From positions 372,001 through 436,000 of the forward strand of contig NC_045711.1 in the NCBI RefSeq assembly GCF_009834535.1: a stretch of DNA of 64,000 nucleotides. Direction: 5' to 3'. Of the stretch, positions 1 to 9,939 are shown in pieces. How positions within the stretch are numbered: the first letter of the stretch is position 1; each line of letters starts with the position of its first letter. The position numbers and the translations under genes are program-made. Below the pieces are notes generated by a model that saw only the letters and a list, made by a program, of their open reading frames with translations, was not told the DNA's origin and ran no database searches. The DNA comes from Camelus ferus. Its lineage: Eukaryota.

Positions 1-489
1 CAAAAGCAACTACACTTTTGAAATTCAACCTTCCAAGAGAACAGGGGAACACACTATCTTAACGACTATCTCTTGAGCCTTTTTCATTCCAAATTTCAAA
101 TCTCAGGGGCCACCAGTTAAGATTTTATTCCAAAAACAGAGGTCCGCTACGATACACTAGCACCTTCTAGCAGGGGAGTTTTATAGATACACAGCCTACG
201 TTAATAAATCTTAACTACTAATCAAAAAGCAGCATGCTTTACTCTTCCAGGTAGCTCAAAAGGATAGAACTCTGAATGGCTCTAAGTAAACCTGCGGCAT
301 CAGAATTCCTAGACTGATGCCAGGAACTGCCATTAACTAGCTGAATGACCTCTATACATCTTCAATTTCCCCCCAAATGCCCCCCACCATATATTCACAC
401 ACAGTGTTCAACAGATATGAAAGTGTTCCGTAAACTACACACAAAACAGCGCCTCTCCCTACTCTGAACACCTGCTCACAGACACTATT

Positions 490-665
490 ACTATCCCTGC
501 ACTCACACACCTGCTCACATTGTTATTTACCTATTTCACGGGTATCTGTCTCATCTTCCCAGCTAGACAAGGTTCCTTGAGGGTAAGGGCCTTGTCTTGC
601 TCATCTCTGAGATTTCCCACAACACAGTGCTTTGAGTATAGTTGACAAATTTAACTCAACATTCG
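490..665 (+). mobile_element. L2 LINE 3' end fragment
   Basis: ctagacaaggttccttgagggtaagggccttgtcttgctcatctctg...cacagtgctttgagtatagttg resembles the L2 3' terminus; boundaries approximate. Confidence 0.55.
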
Positions 666-1130
666 TCGACTTAAGCAGATTTTCCATAAACTGACTAGTG
701 TTACACGTATGGGAGAATTTGTCGCCTTTAAGAATCCCATAGGAACTCAACTGAGAAATTCAGGTTTAAAAAAAAAAATCCCTAATTTAAGCTTTCAAAT
801 AAACCCAAGGTTTGCAGACTGGATTTGCTTTAAGATTGATACATCTGTAGGAATATAAAGGCAGTGTCTTATTTCTTATTTCTAAGGCTGCAGAGAGATG
901 ATCAAAGGCGAAGATGGGAGGAGGCACATTGAGTGAGGCAATCCCAAATAGCCTGACTTCACCACAGTTCCGGGGCCGCAGAATGAAGGAGCCTGCAGGG
1001 TTGGTGCCAGGGCGTCTGCGACTTTCATGTGGTCATCCCTTTCCCTCTGGATGCCAAAGGCCTAACAGTCCATTCTCCAATAGGAAAAACGCTAGTGATC
1101 CCCACAGTTCCAGGATACCTCAAGTGATGC

Positions 1131-1163
1131 TACACACACACACACACAAACACAAACACACAC
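1131..1163. repeat. (CA)n microsatellite, imperfect
   Basis: tacacacacacacacacaaacacaaacacacaca. Confidence 0.9.
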
Positions 1164-1429
1164 AAAGTCCAGGGACACCCACCCTGAACTGTTCCCCTGT
1201 ACAAAGTCCTGGGACACTCCTCTCCTTGCAGCCTATTCCTTTCCCACTGCTCCAGGAAATCTCCCAATTTGCTACCCCACATACCGTGAGGCTTCTCCAC
1301 GCAGTATCTCTCCGCCCCATCCTAAGACACCCTCCAGCCTGTGCCTTCATCTACAACCCAGGACAAATCTCCCCCCAACCTCTTCCCCCCCAGAGCCCCA
1401 GGATCCCCCCAACTTGTGCCCTACATATA

Positions 1430-4400
1430 CTACTGGAACACCCCTGTCAATCTGTCCTCCCCCTCATAATTTTCTCCCAAATTGTCCCCCCTCACTCTGA
1501 CTCCAGACCCTTCCCCAGTCTGTCTCCTCCCACTCTGCTGTGCATGCTGTCCGAAATGGCCAATGCCTGTTTCCCCCCTTGAATCCGGGGGCACATCCTC
1601 AGATTCATTCAATCCCACAGCCGTGCTTGTCCCGGACACTCCTGGCACATTCTCAGGGTCTGGTTCTTCCCCCACAGACCTTCGACAGCTCCATAACCTG
1701 GTCCCGCGCCCACAAGTGTAAGACACCCCGACTGCCTGGCTCCTCCCTGCCAGGCCCAGGAAAATTCTACCTCCCGACTCCCCGACTAAAGCCCCAGGGC
1801 CCTCTGTGGACTGTCTCCTCGCCACGGCGCAGCCTGAGACAGCCGCATTCGTTTCTTCTGCGCACCCAGTCACCCACACTGCGGCAGGCCCACGCTCCGC
1901 CGTGGGAACCCCTCCAGCTGCAAGCACCCCCCCAGACAGAGAGACCCTCACAGCCTCGGGGACAGCTCCATTAGGTCTCCTTCTCCACAGACCTGCGACA
2001 CCTTCAGAGCCAGTGTTCCCGTCCACAGGTCCTGAAGCCCCAGCAGCCATGGGCACCTCAGACCCCTGTCTCCTTCCCCACGTACCTGAGCCATCCCTAG
2101 AGCTAATATGGCCCACCAGCGGCCCGGGGACCCCAGCAGCTGTGGGGACCCTCGCAGCCATGAGAACACCAGCAGTCACCGGCACCTCAGCAGCCTGCCT
2201 TCTTCCCAATAAGCCCAAGAGAGCCCCAGAGGGCACCTCTTCCCCCACAGGCCTGGGCACCCCTGCAGTTGTGCGCAGCCCCGTGGCCACGGGTGCTCCT
2301 GTGGTCTGTCTCCCTCCTGCCAAGTCTGAGATGCCTCCAGGGCCCAGCTTTTCCCCCACGGGCCCAGGCACCCTGAGAGTGGCAGGCACCCCCATCCTGG
2401 TGGGACCCTCGGCATCTGCAGGTCCCCACACTGTCTCTCTCTCCCTCCACAAGCCTGAGACATCTCCAGAACCAGCCGCCTCTCGCACAGGCCTAGGTGC
2501 CCTGAGAGCCACAGGCAGCCCAGCAGCTGCATACACTCCTGCTGTCACAGGTACCCCTGGAGTTGCTCTCCTTCCCGGCAAGTGTGAGAAACCCCCAGAG
2601 CCAGTCTCTGTCCCCAGCGGATCCGGCACCCTAGGAGCGGCGGGCACCTCAGCAGCCACAGGAACCCTGGTATTGTGTCTCCTTCCCCAAGACCCTGGGA
2701 CAGCCCCAGAGCCCATCTCCTCTCCCCCCAGCCCCGGAACCTCAGGGGCCACAGGAACCCTGTCAGTCACAGGAACTCCAATAGCCGGTCTCCTTCCCCA
2801 TGATCCTGGGAAGGCCTCAGAACCAGCATCCTCCCCTACAGACCATAGCTCCTCGGGAGCCATGGGAATCCCTGAAGCCATGGCTCTCCTGGCAGTATGA
2901 ACCCTTCCCCACAGGCTCAAGTCATCCCTGGAGCTGTTCCCCTGACACCCGGAGCCAGGCACCCACCCAGCAGCAGGCACCCGGACAGGTACTCTTCCAG
3001 ACCCCGGCACACCCACAGCCGTGGGCACCCCTGCTGGGGCACACCTGTGTTTGGGCACACCTGCTGCCTCTGACCTCCCCCCTGTCTCTGACAACACCAC
3101 AGCCTGTCTCTTTCTACACAGACACAAAGCACCCCCATAGCTAGTCTCTTGAGCCACAGATCCAGTTCCTCCTAAAGCTGCAGGCACCAGAGCCTCTTGC
3201 TCCCCCATTGCCTGCCTCCTTTCCCACAGACTTAAGATGTTTCCACCGCATGTCTCCTCTCGGATAACCCTTGGCACCGCCTCAGCCAGAGGCACCCCCA
3301 GAGCCTGCCGCCTGCCCCACGGGCCTGGGAGACCACCATAGCCTGTCTGTCCTCCCATGGCTCCTGGAACCACCACAGCCTGGGCCACTCCCATGGGCTG
3401 TTCTGTCCCCCACAGACCCGGGACACTCCCACAGCCTGTCTCCTTCCCCAAAGCCCCAGCTACCCCCACAGGTCGTCCTGTCCCCCACAGGCCTGGGGCG
3501 TCCCCAGCACCTGCCTCCTGCTCTTCAGGACCAGATACCTCTGCAGTCTGTACGGCTTCCCATGACCCCGAGTCACCTCCAGAGCCTGTCTCTACCCACA
3601 CTGCCTGTCCCCTTTCCCTGAATCCCGGGTCACCCCCACATCTCATTCTTTCTCCAATAGCACAAGGTACCCCAACAGGCTGTCTGGTGCCCCACGGGCT
3701 AGGGAGACTCCCAGGGCCTGTCTCCTCTACAGCTGGTCTCATCTGCCACACGACTGGGGCACCCACAGAGGTAGCTTCCTCCTCCATAGCTCTGAGTACC
3801 CCTCTAGCATCAGGCACTGCTGCGGCCTGCTCCCTCGCCCGTAAGCCTGTGGTATCCCCACAGACTGCCTCCTGTGCCAGTGCCGCAGGCACCTGCACTG
3901 ACTGCTCTCTCTCCCAGAGACCTGGGGCACCACCACAGCCCAGCTCTCCCTCCACAGCTCTGGGTACCTCCACAACCTCGGGCCACCCCATGGTCCCAGG
4001 CACTCCCCTAGTTGCTCCTTTTCCCCAAGAGCCTGGGGCAACCCCACAGCCTATCCCTTCCACAGCTCCAGGCACCCCCGCAACCTGTCCTCTCCCTAGC
4101 AGGTGTGGGGCAATCCCAGAATTTGCCTCCATAGTCCCAGGCACGGTCACAGCCCAACCCTGCCCGCACAGGCCAGAGGCCCTCTCATAGCCTGCCTCTT
4201 GGGAACGAGCTATTGACACTCCTGTGGCCCGGGGGAATGCCCTAGCCTGTCCTTTTACCCACGGTCCGGTAAGACCACCACGGCTGGTTTCTACCCACGA
4301 AGCCTGGCCAGGCACCCCCCTTTCAACGGGGCCCCCTCCTGCAGGCATAGGATGGAGCTCGACTCTGCTTCCTTCTCCACAACCTGAAGCTGCCCTCATA

Positions 4401-4924
4401 GCCTGCACCTTCAACCACAGTTCCAGAATGCTCTCATGCCCCATAGACCCCGGGCGACCTTTTCTCTCGCAGCCCCGGGGGCTCCTATAAACCGTCTCCT
4501 CCTCCCCAGTGCCAGTCGCCCACACACAGCCGGCAGGCCCCACCACCTGGGGTTCCCCCACAGCCCCGTTCACCCACACAGCCCCAGAGTCCCTTGCGGC
4601 CTCCACAGAGCCTGCAGTGCCAGGTGTCCCCGCAGCCTCATTCACCCCGGAGGCCTGGGCTGTCCCTTCCGCTTGTCTTCTCCCCCACGGCCGCCTACAG
4701 TCCTGCAGCCTTTCTGCGCCCACACAGCGCGCCTCCCGCACCAAGGACCTCTCCCGGCGCCTCGCTCCACGGCTTCGGGACGTCCCTGCACCGCATCTCT
4801 TCCCCCACGGCCGCCGGACTCCTCGCCCGGACCTGCTGGGCCCCACGCAGCGGCCGGGCGCCTCTGACGCTAGCTCGCCCCCGCGCAGCCCGGGCAAGGC
4901 CCCGCGGCCAGCCGCCCTGCTCAT
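1430..4924 (-). CDS. Uncharacterised intronless Gly/Ala/Pro/Val/Glu/Arg-rich repeat protein, 1164 aa, in the presumed KIAA0753 intron 1
   Basis: 3495 nt stop-free frame from the first ATG at 4924 (gctATGa; the track's start at 5020 is GTG, bounded by an in-frame TGA at 5021-5023) to TAG at 1430-1432. The other two minus frames are repeatedly interrupted. About 20 degenerate GxxPGLWGRRQxxGVP units. No transcript evidence can be seen from sequence alone. Confidence 0.7.
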   Translation of the reverse strand: MSRAAGRGALPGLRGGELASEAPGRCVGPSRSGRGVRRPWGKRCGAGTSRSRGARRRERSLVREARCVGAERLQDCRRPWGRRQAEGTAQASGVNEAAGTPGTAGSVEAARDSGAVWVNGAVGEPQVVGPAGCVWATGTGEEETVYRSPRGCERKGRPGSMGHESILELWLKVQAMRAASGCGEGSRVELHPMPAGGGPVERGVPGQASWVETSRGGLTGPWVKGQARAFPRATGVSIARSQEAGYERASGLCGQGWAVTVPGTMEANSGIAPHLLGRGQVAGVPGAVEGIGCGVAPGSWGKGATRGVPGTMGWPEVVEVPRAVEGELGCGGAPGLWEREQSVQVPAALAQEAVCGDTTGLRAREQAAAVPDARGVLRAMEEEATSVGAPVVWQMRPAVEETGPGSLPSPWGTRQPVGVPCAIGERMRCGGDPGFRERGQAVWVETGSGGDSGSWEAVQTAEVSGPEEQEAGAGDAPGLWGTGRPVGVAGALGKETGCGSVPGLWGTEQPMGVAQAVVVPGAMGGQTGYGGLPGPWGRRQALGVPLAEAVPRVIREETCGGNILSLWERRQAMGEQEALVPAALGGTGSVAQETSYGGALCLCRKRQAVVLSETGGRSEAAGVPKHRCAPAGVPTAVGVPGSGRVPVRVPAAGWVPGSGCQGNSSRDDLSLWGRVHTARRAMASGIPMAPEELWSVGEDAGSEAFPGSWGRRPAIGVPVTDRVPVAPEVPGLGGEEMGSGAVPGSWGRRHNTRVPVAAEVPAAPRVPDPLGTETGSGGFSHLPGRRATPGVPVTAGVYAAAGLPVALRAPRPVREAAGSGDVSGLWRERETVWGPADAEGPTRMGVPATLRVPGPVGEKLGPGGISDLAGGRQTTGAPVATGLRTTAGVPRPVGEEVPSGALLGLLGRRQAAEVPVTAGVLMAARVPTAAGVPGPLVGHISSRDGSGTWGRRQGSEVPMAAGASGPVDGNTGSEGVAGLWRRRPNGAVPEAVRVSLSGGVLAAGGVPTAERGPAAVWVTGCAEETNAAVSGCAVARRQSTEGPGALVGESGGRIFLGLAGRSQAVGVSYTCGRGTRLWSCRRSVGEEPDPENVPGVSGTSTAVGLNESEDVPPDSRGETGIGHFGQHAQQSGRRQTGEGSGVRVRGDNLGENYEGEDRLTGVFQ

Positions 4925-5256
4925 AGCCCCAGGACGACTCCCGCCTTCCCAGCGCAGCTCCGGGGCACTTTCTGTTTCAGCACCAGCTCCCAAGGAGGCT
5001 CCACACACGCACTCACACACTCAGCTCCAGCTCTCGCAGCCTTCCTCCCTCCCAGCCCCCTACCCCCGCCCAGTCCTGGACGCCCGCCCCTCCCCTGGTC
5101 CCGGCCCCCCCCTCCCCCAACCAAGCCTCGGCAGGAGAAAAGGTAAATAGGACCGACGAGCGGCAGGATCTGCCCCGGCTCAAGGTCTCCTCTACCCCAG
5201 GTCCATGACTCCTAGAGCAGCTTCCCAGAATCCCCCCAGCTCTGGCCCGAGCCCAC

Positions 5257-5330
5257 CTGGCCTGGGGCGCGGCGCGGCTACCCGGAACCGGGCAGGGGGG
5301 CCGTAACTAGGCCTCGCTTCCGGCCGCTCG
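5257..5330 (-). other. KIAA0753: Probable non-coding first exon of KIAA0753 (coding exons would lie left of the window)
   Basis: Inferred from remembered head-to-head synteny with TXNDC17; candidate donor CAG|GTGGGC at 5257/5256; no KIAA0753 coding sequence recognised in the window; boundaries uncertain. Confidence 0.3.
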
Positions 5331-5334
5331 CCCA

Positions 5335-5348
5335 GTCGCCATGGCAAC
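5335..5348. promoter_or_regulatory. RFX X-box motif
   Basis: GTCGCCATGGCAAC matches GTNRCC(N0-3)RGYAAC exactly. Confidence 0.65.
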
Positions 5349-5696
5349 GGGCGCAAGGCGGCTTGGGAGCCGTTAAGGCTCCAAAGTCACCTAAAGGTCC
5401 AGGGACTGCGCAGCGGTAGGCTTTACAGCCACTGCTCATGGGGCTGGGGCCAGGACCAGTTTGGGGCAGAAGCCGGGGTTTTAGGGTGCAGCCAGCACGG
5501 GAAGACCTGAGAAGCGGAGCAGAATGACGGCACGGAGGAGTTACGACCGTCAGAGGCTCCCGTAGCACCCCAGCGCCTGGCTGGTTCCCTCAGGCCCCGC
5601 CCACCCGGAAACAGCTTCGCCCCGCCCCGCGTGGTGCCACTCCCCGCGGCAGCGTGACCCAAGAACACCTCTCGCGATCCCAGGCGCGCTCTCCGG

Positions 5697-7688
5697 ATGG
5701 CCGGCTACAAGGAGGTGAGTGTCTCCGGCTACGAGGATTTCATGCAGGCTGTGGAGCAGCACAATGGCAAGACCGTATTCGCCTACTTTTCCGGTTCTAA
5801 GGACGCCGAAGGGAAAAGCTGGTGCCCGGACTGCGTGCAGGGTGAGGCCGCGATTCGGGGGTTGCTGCCCAGAGGAAGTGGCAGGAGGCCGAGGCTATGG
5901 CCAGAGAGCAGGGTGGAGAAGAAGCGGAAGGGAGACTTCTTGCTCCGGGAGTTCCAGGGGGCGATCTGAGCTATATCATCTTGCCTTTCCCTACCCTGTT
6001 CCCGACTCTCCTCCTGTCTTTCCCCGCCCCGCCAAAAGTGCTCTTCTACCATTCGACCCACGAAATCCTGGAATCTAGTTCTTTAAAACGTTTTCATTTC
6101 TCCAATATGATTAGTGTCTTACAGAAGAAGTGAGTTGGTCTCCTTTAGTTAAGTCAGCAAATATTTGTCTTTCATTGTTAAAGGCGCTGTGGCGCGGGGA
6201 CAAATCGGGACTGAGTTCGTCTTTACCCTTAAAGTGACTCTCAAATCAGAAAAAAAAAAAACCGATTTCTGTTAACTTCCTCAGTTAACTCCAGGTTAAA
6301 GTCTGAGTACTACCAAGACCGAGGGGAGGGAAGAGGGACGCTGTTTATCAGTATCTGACTGTAGAACTGGGGTGTAATTATTTTTATCAACTTTTCTTGA
6401 AAGCTGAACCAGTCGTACGAGAGGGGCTGAAGCATGTTGGTGAAGGATGTGTGTTCATCTACTGCCAAGTAGGAGAAAAACCTTAGTAAGTGGCAACGTG
6501 TATTCTGTTTCCCAGACATGCACTAGACTCTTGCAAACTTAGGCGAGAATGGCCTGGGATTCAGGTTGAGTTCTAAGGTATAGTCGGGTAAGTTAAATAA
6601 GTAGAAGATATTAAATTCAAATTAAAAATTTGAATGTTCAGCCATTTGTATTAGTTAAGGGTAATTCAGTGAATTTGGCCTGATGTTAGTCCAGAACTTA
6701 ACTGTCTTCAAATTTATTTTATATCTTAGCATATATTCACTTAAATGAAAACTTTGCACAGGAGAATAAGGGATAAGTCATAGACTTCAAGGTTTTTAAA
6801 ATGTTTATAACAATGAATACTAAAAGACTAAATTATACCCAACATTAAGCAAACTGTAAGAAACCAAATAAATGTTTTTCATGATCATCTTTTTTTTCTT
6901 TTAATAGTTGGAAAGATCCAAATAATGACTTTAGGAAAAAGCTGAAATTAACTGCAGTGCCTACACTACTTAAATATGGAACAGTGAGTATCTTTCTTTA
7001 ACTGGGTTGAGGATACAATTCACCCTGTCAAAACTCTTAACTTGTTCTGGATTCAAATTTGAACAACTCTTGACATTTCATCCCAAACATCATGCGTTGC
7101 TATTCAGAACGCATTCAAAACACGACCTGGCTGTCCATCTCTATGGCCAATCCCAATAAATTATTAGTAATGCAAATATTAGGTCTTTTTCATACCTCTT
7201 AAAGCCAATCTTATTTTAAAATTCTATAAGCACTGTTGAAGAAAGTTGGTTAACATATAATGCCTTAAAACAATGGCATCAATAGTTGTTCTCTACTAAA
7301 TTCATAATTCTAGGTGAAAAGTAAGGGCACCTCTTCTAGTTTAATCATGGCCATGGGATTCTAAATTAAAGAGTCAAGGGCAAGGGGAGGCATTGGGCTT
7401 GCTGTCTCCTGTTTTAGTCCACGGGAGCCAAGTATTTTAATGATTCACCTTAAGGCAAATATCTTAACTATTTCGTAAAACTTGTTACAACTAGTTGATA
7501 GTTTCTGAATGGCATAATTTCTCTGATCCAAGATTTGTGTCATTCAAGGCAGAACAATTCATTTCTCTCCTAATAACATTTTTGTAGCTGTGGGTTAAGA
7601 TATGACTGTTCTCTTACAGCCTCACAAACTGGTAGAATCTGAGTGTCTTCAGGCTAACCTCGTGGAGATGTTGTTCTCTGAAGATTAG
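5697..7688 (+). CDS. TXNDC17: Thioredoxin domain-containing protein 17 (TRP14), 123 aa
   Basis: Exons 5697-5841, 6404-6485, 6908-6983, 7620-7688 (372 nt, all GT-AG, phases consistent); [12 protein letters not shown]...[20 protein letters not shown]...VEMLFSED*; WCPDC active site. Confidence 0.98.
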
Positions 7689-7772
7689 TAAGATTTGATG
7701 GTGGCAATTGTGTCTTGATTTCATCAAGTATAAAAGAAACTGCATACTTGTTTTGAATTCATGTTAGCAGTA

Positions 7773-7778
7773 AATAAA
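7773..7778 (+). terminator. Candidate TXNDC17 polyadenylation signal
   Basis: AATAAA 85 nt after the stop; ATTAAA also at 7824-7829. Confidence 0.6.
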
Positions 7779-7873
7779 CGATGATGTAAAAAAATTCATA
7801 TATGTCTAAAACAGTACAGTGCTATTAAAAATGCTCATGAAGCCCCGAGTTTGCTTTAATATATGGACTTTTT

Positions 7874-8000
7874 CTTTTGTTTTATGAGAGGGAGGTAATT
7901 GGGTTTATTTATTTATACTTGGAGGAGGTACTGGAGATTGAACTCAGGACCTCCTGCATGCTAAGCATGCGCTCTACCACTTGAGCTATACCCTGCCCCC
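7874..8000 (-). mobile_element. tRNA-derived SINE (camelid Vic-1-like)
   Basis: Minus strand reads ggggcagggtatagctcaagtggtagagcgcatgcttagcatgcaggaggtcctgagttcaatc (A and B boxes) plus an aaataaataaac tail; imperfect TSD taatatatggacttttt / taatacatggacattttt. Confidence 0.85.
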
Positions 8001-8369
8001 TAATACATGGACATTTTTAAGCTACAGGTAAAGTAAGTCTTCAGGAGTGGCAGTAAGAGCACAAAGGAATGTGTTACTAGAGATGACAGAAATATCTAAA
8101 AGCCCCAAATAGTGCAGTAGACAGCCTCCAAGTCTCTAAAGGAGTTAGGATCTTTTAGCTTAAATTCCATTAATTTACAAAGAACTGTTATTCCTAAAAC
8201 ACCTTCTTTGGCTTTAGAATGTACAACTTAACCTAACCACTGGAGAGAAGCACAGCACATCCAACCCAGCCTCTGCTTAACGCTGGCAGCTGTTTATAGC
8301 TGTCTGAATGTGCTTCACTACCTGGGATGAGGTGGGTGGCAGAGGTCAGAGTCCATATAACCTAGTGGT

Positions 8370-8565
8370 GGGAAGGACTCCAGCCTGTGAGTCAGTCTCA
8401 CTGATTATCACCGACTAGCTGTATAACCATAGGCAAGTTACTTAACCTTTCTAAACCTCAGTTTCCTCCTTTATGAACAAGGATTGCTCTGAGGATAAAA
8501 TGAGAATGCAATTAAGCACTTAACATAGGGCCTGGTTTGTGCTATCTGCCAAATAAATGTTAGCT
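8370..8565 (+). mobile_element. MIR SINE
   Basis: MIR core ggcaagttacttaacctttctaaacctcagtttcctc...aaataaatgttagct. Confidence 0.7.
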
Positions 8566-8977
8566 TTCTTTCCCAAGTGAGCACAAGTATTTGAGACTCC
8601 CCAGTTTTGTTCTAGTTTTAAGGTTGAGTCCACAATTAATAGTTAACCACCAATCTTCTCCCTGCCATCACTGGGTCAGAGACATAGCAATGATTCTTCC
8701 TTTAAGCTCTCTTGCAAAGCAGCTGGTGATCCTGTAGAATTTAAGAACCTTTATGCAGTTCCTGTTCTCTGATTTAAAGAGGTCATTGACTCCACTCCTC
8801 TCACTCTGAGGGGGCCCGGGTGGGTGACCTGAGGGACAGCAAGGTTCCAGGAGACAGACTTGCCCCAGGCCCCACTGTACATCAGGATCAGAGCTCAACT
8901 GAGAGTTTGGGATATTTGGTGGCCCTCTCCTTGTCCCACCCCCCACCTCCTTAAACTGGTCTAAAGCACCTAACGTT

Positions 8978-8983
8978 TTTATT
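8978..8983 (-). terminator. Candidate MED31 polyadenylation signal
   Basis: AATAAA on the minus strand about 233 nt after the MED31 stop. Confidence 0.5.
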
Positions 8984-9597
8984 CTTAGTTGACTGTGTTA
9001 AATACTCATAAAAGCTTACAAACCCACAGGGAAACCAAAATAGAACAATTCTGGTTTAACAGAAATAATCTATTAACAATAAAAAGTTCAATTAAATAGC
9101 ACACTAACAGTTCTAGGTGCTACCACAATAAAGATACGTAGGAAGAGTCTTTTTTGCCTTCACTGTACAAAAGCAATATATACATGTCTTAAGAGCCTGG
9201 TCTGGATCCAGCTTTTCATTTTCCTGATGTGTTATTTTGCTGTTGCTGCTCTGCCAGGGCTTGCTGAAGACGCATCCGCTTCCGGGAATAGTGCTGCCAG
9301 TGCAGAATTTGCTGCTCATCAATAAATTTCGCACACTGAGCATTCACCAGCTCCTTGCGGAAGTGTTCATACTGGAGCAGTTCTAACATGTGTAAACACT
9401 GAGGGTACCTGGGGTTAAGTTTATAAGTTAATGATCGACGTAATGTAAGTCAAAAACATCATGCTCTAATTCAGTTACTCACTGAAATGATCCTGTAGCC
9501 TACCATTTCTGCAACGTTAACTTAGTATACTTTGGTAGTATAGTTCTTTTTTTCCCTGCTTATGCGGGAAAGCTCATCATCAACAGTCAGCAGTCAG

Positions 9598-9690
9598 GAA
9601 AATTTTCAAAAGCGAGAAAACTTAAGTTCAGAAAGATTAAATAACTTGCCCAAGACCACACAGTAACTGGTAAGCAGAGTCAACATTTGG
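9598..9690 (-). mobile_element. MIR fragment
   Basis: gaaaacttaagttcagaaagattaaataacttgcccaagaccacacagtaactgg. Confidence 0.6.
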
Positions 9691-9939
9691 GGGAAAATCA
9701 AGCTATTCTATTCTGATGGTTTCCAAAGTGAGGAACATGAACACTTTATTTTAGTAATTATGTGTTTAATGAAAATCTAATGGTTTTCCATAGATAATGA
9801 TAAAAAAACAACTTTTACTTTAAAAGTGAGTCAATTTTAGAAAGAATTATGCACAAATATTGTATTCTAGTTTTCTAACAATTCTGAAATTATGTACATA
9901 TACTCTAAGATTGAGCAAATACGAAAGTAAATACACTGT

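Larger units (their letters stand above)
4640..5900. promoter_or_regulatory. CpG island / bidirectional promoter (TXNDC17 on +; KIAA0753 and the long ORF on -)
   Basis: High GC and CpG density; ETS-like CCGGAA at 5317-5323 (-) and 5605-5610 (+); GC boxes near 5595-5630; TXNDC17 ATG at 5697. Confidence 0.85.

Noticed and set aside
914-1582. 222-aa + strand ORF with a good Kozak ATG
   Set aside because: Runs through a (CA)n microsatellite (HTHTHKHK), has no promoter on that strand and no recognisable homology
1806-5150. Long + strand Pro/Ala/Thr-rich ORFs (1806-2900, 3357-4190, 4224-4490, 4509-5150)
   Set aside because: All lie in the one antisense frame that shares third codon positions with the 1164-aa minus ORF. 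Gly/Ala/Val codons mirror to Pro/Ala/Thr and rarely give stops, so these are expected shadows.
7921-8000. tRNA-Ala-like sequences here and at 25660-25735 as functional tRNA genes
   Set aside because: Followed by A-rich SINE tails and flanked by TSDs; acceptor stems do not pair properly, so they are SINEs
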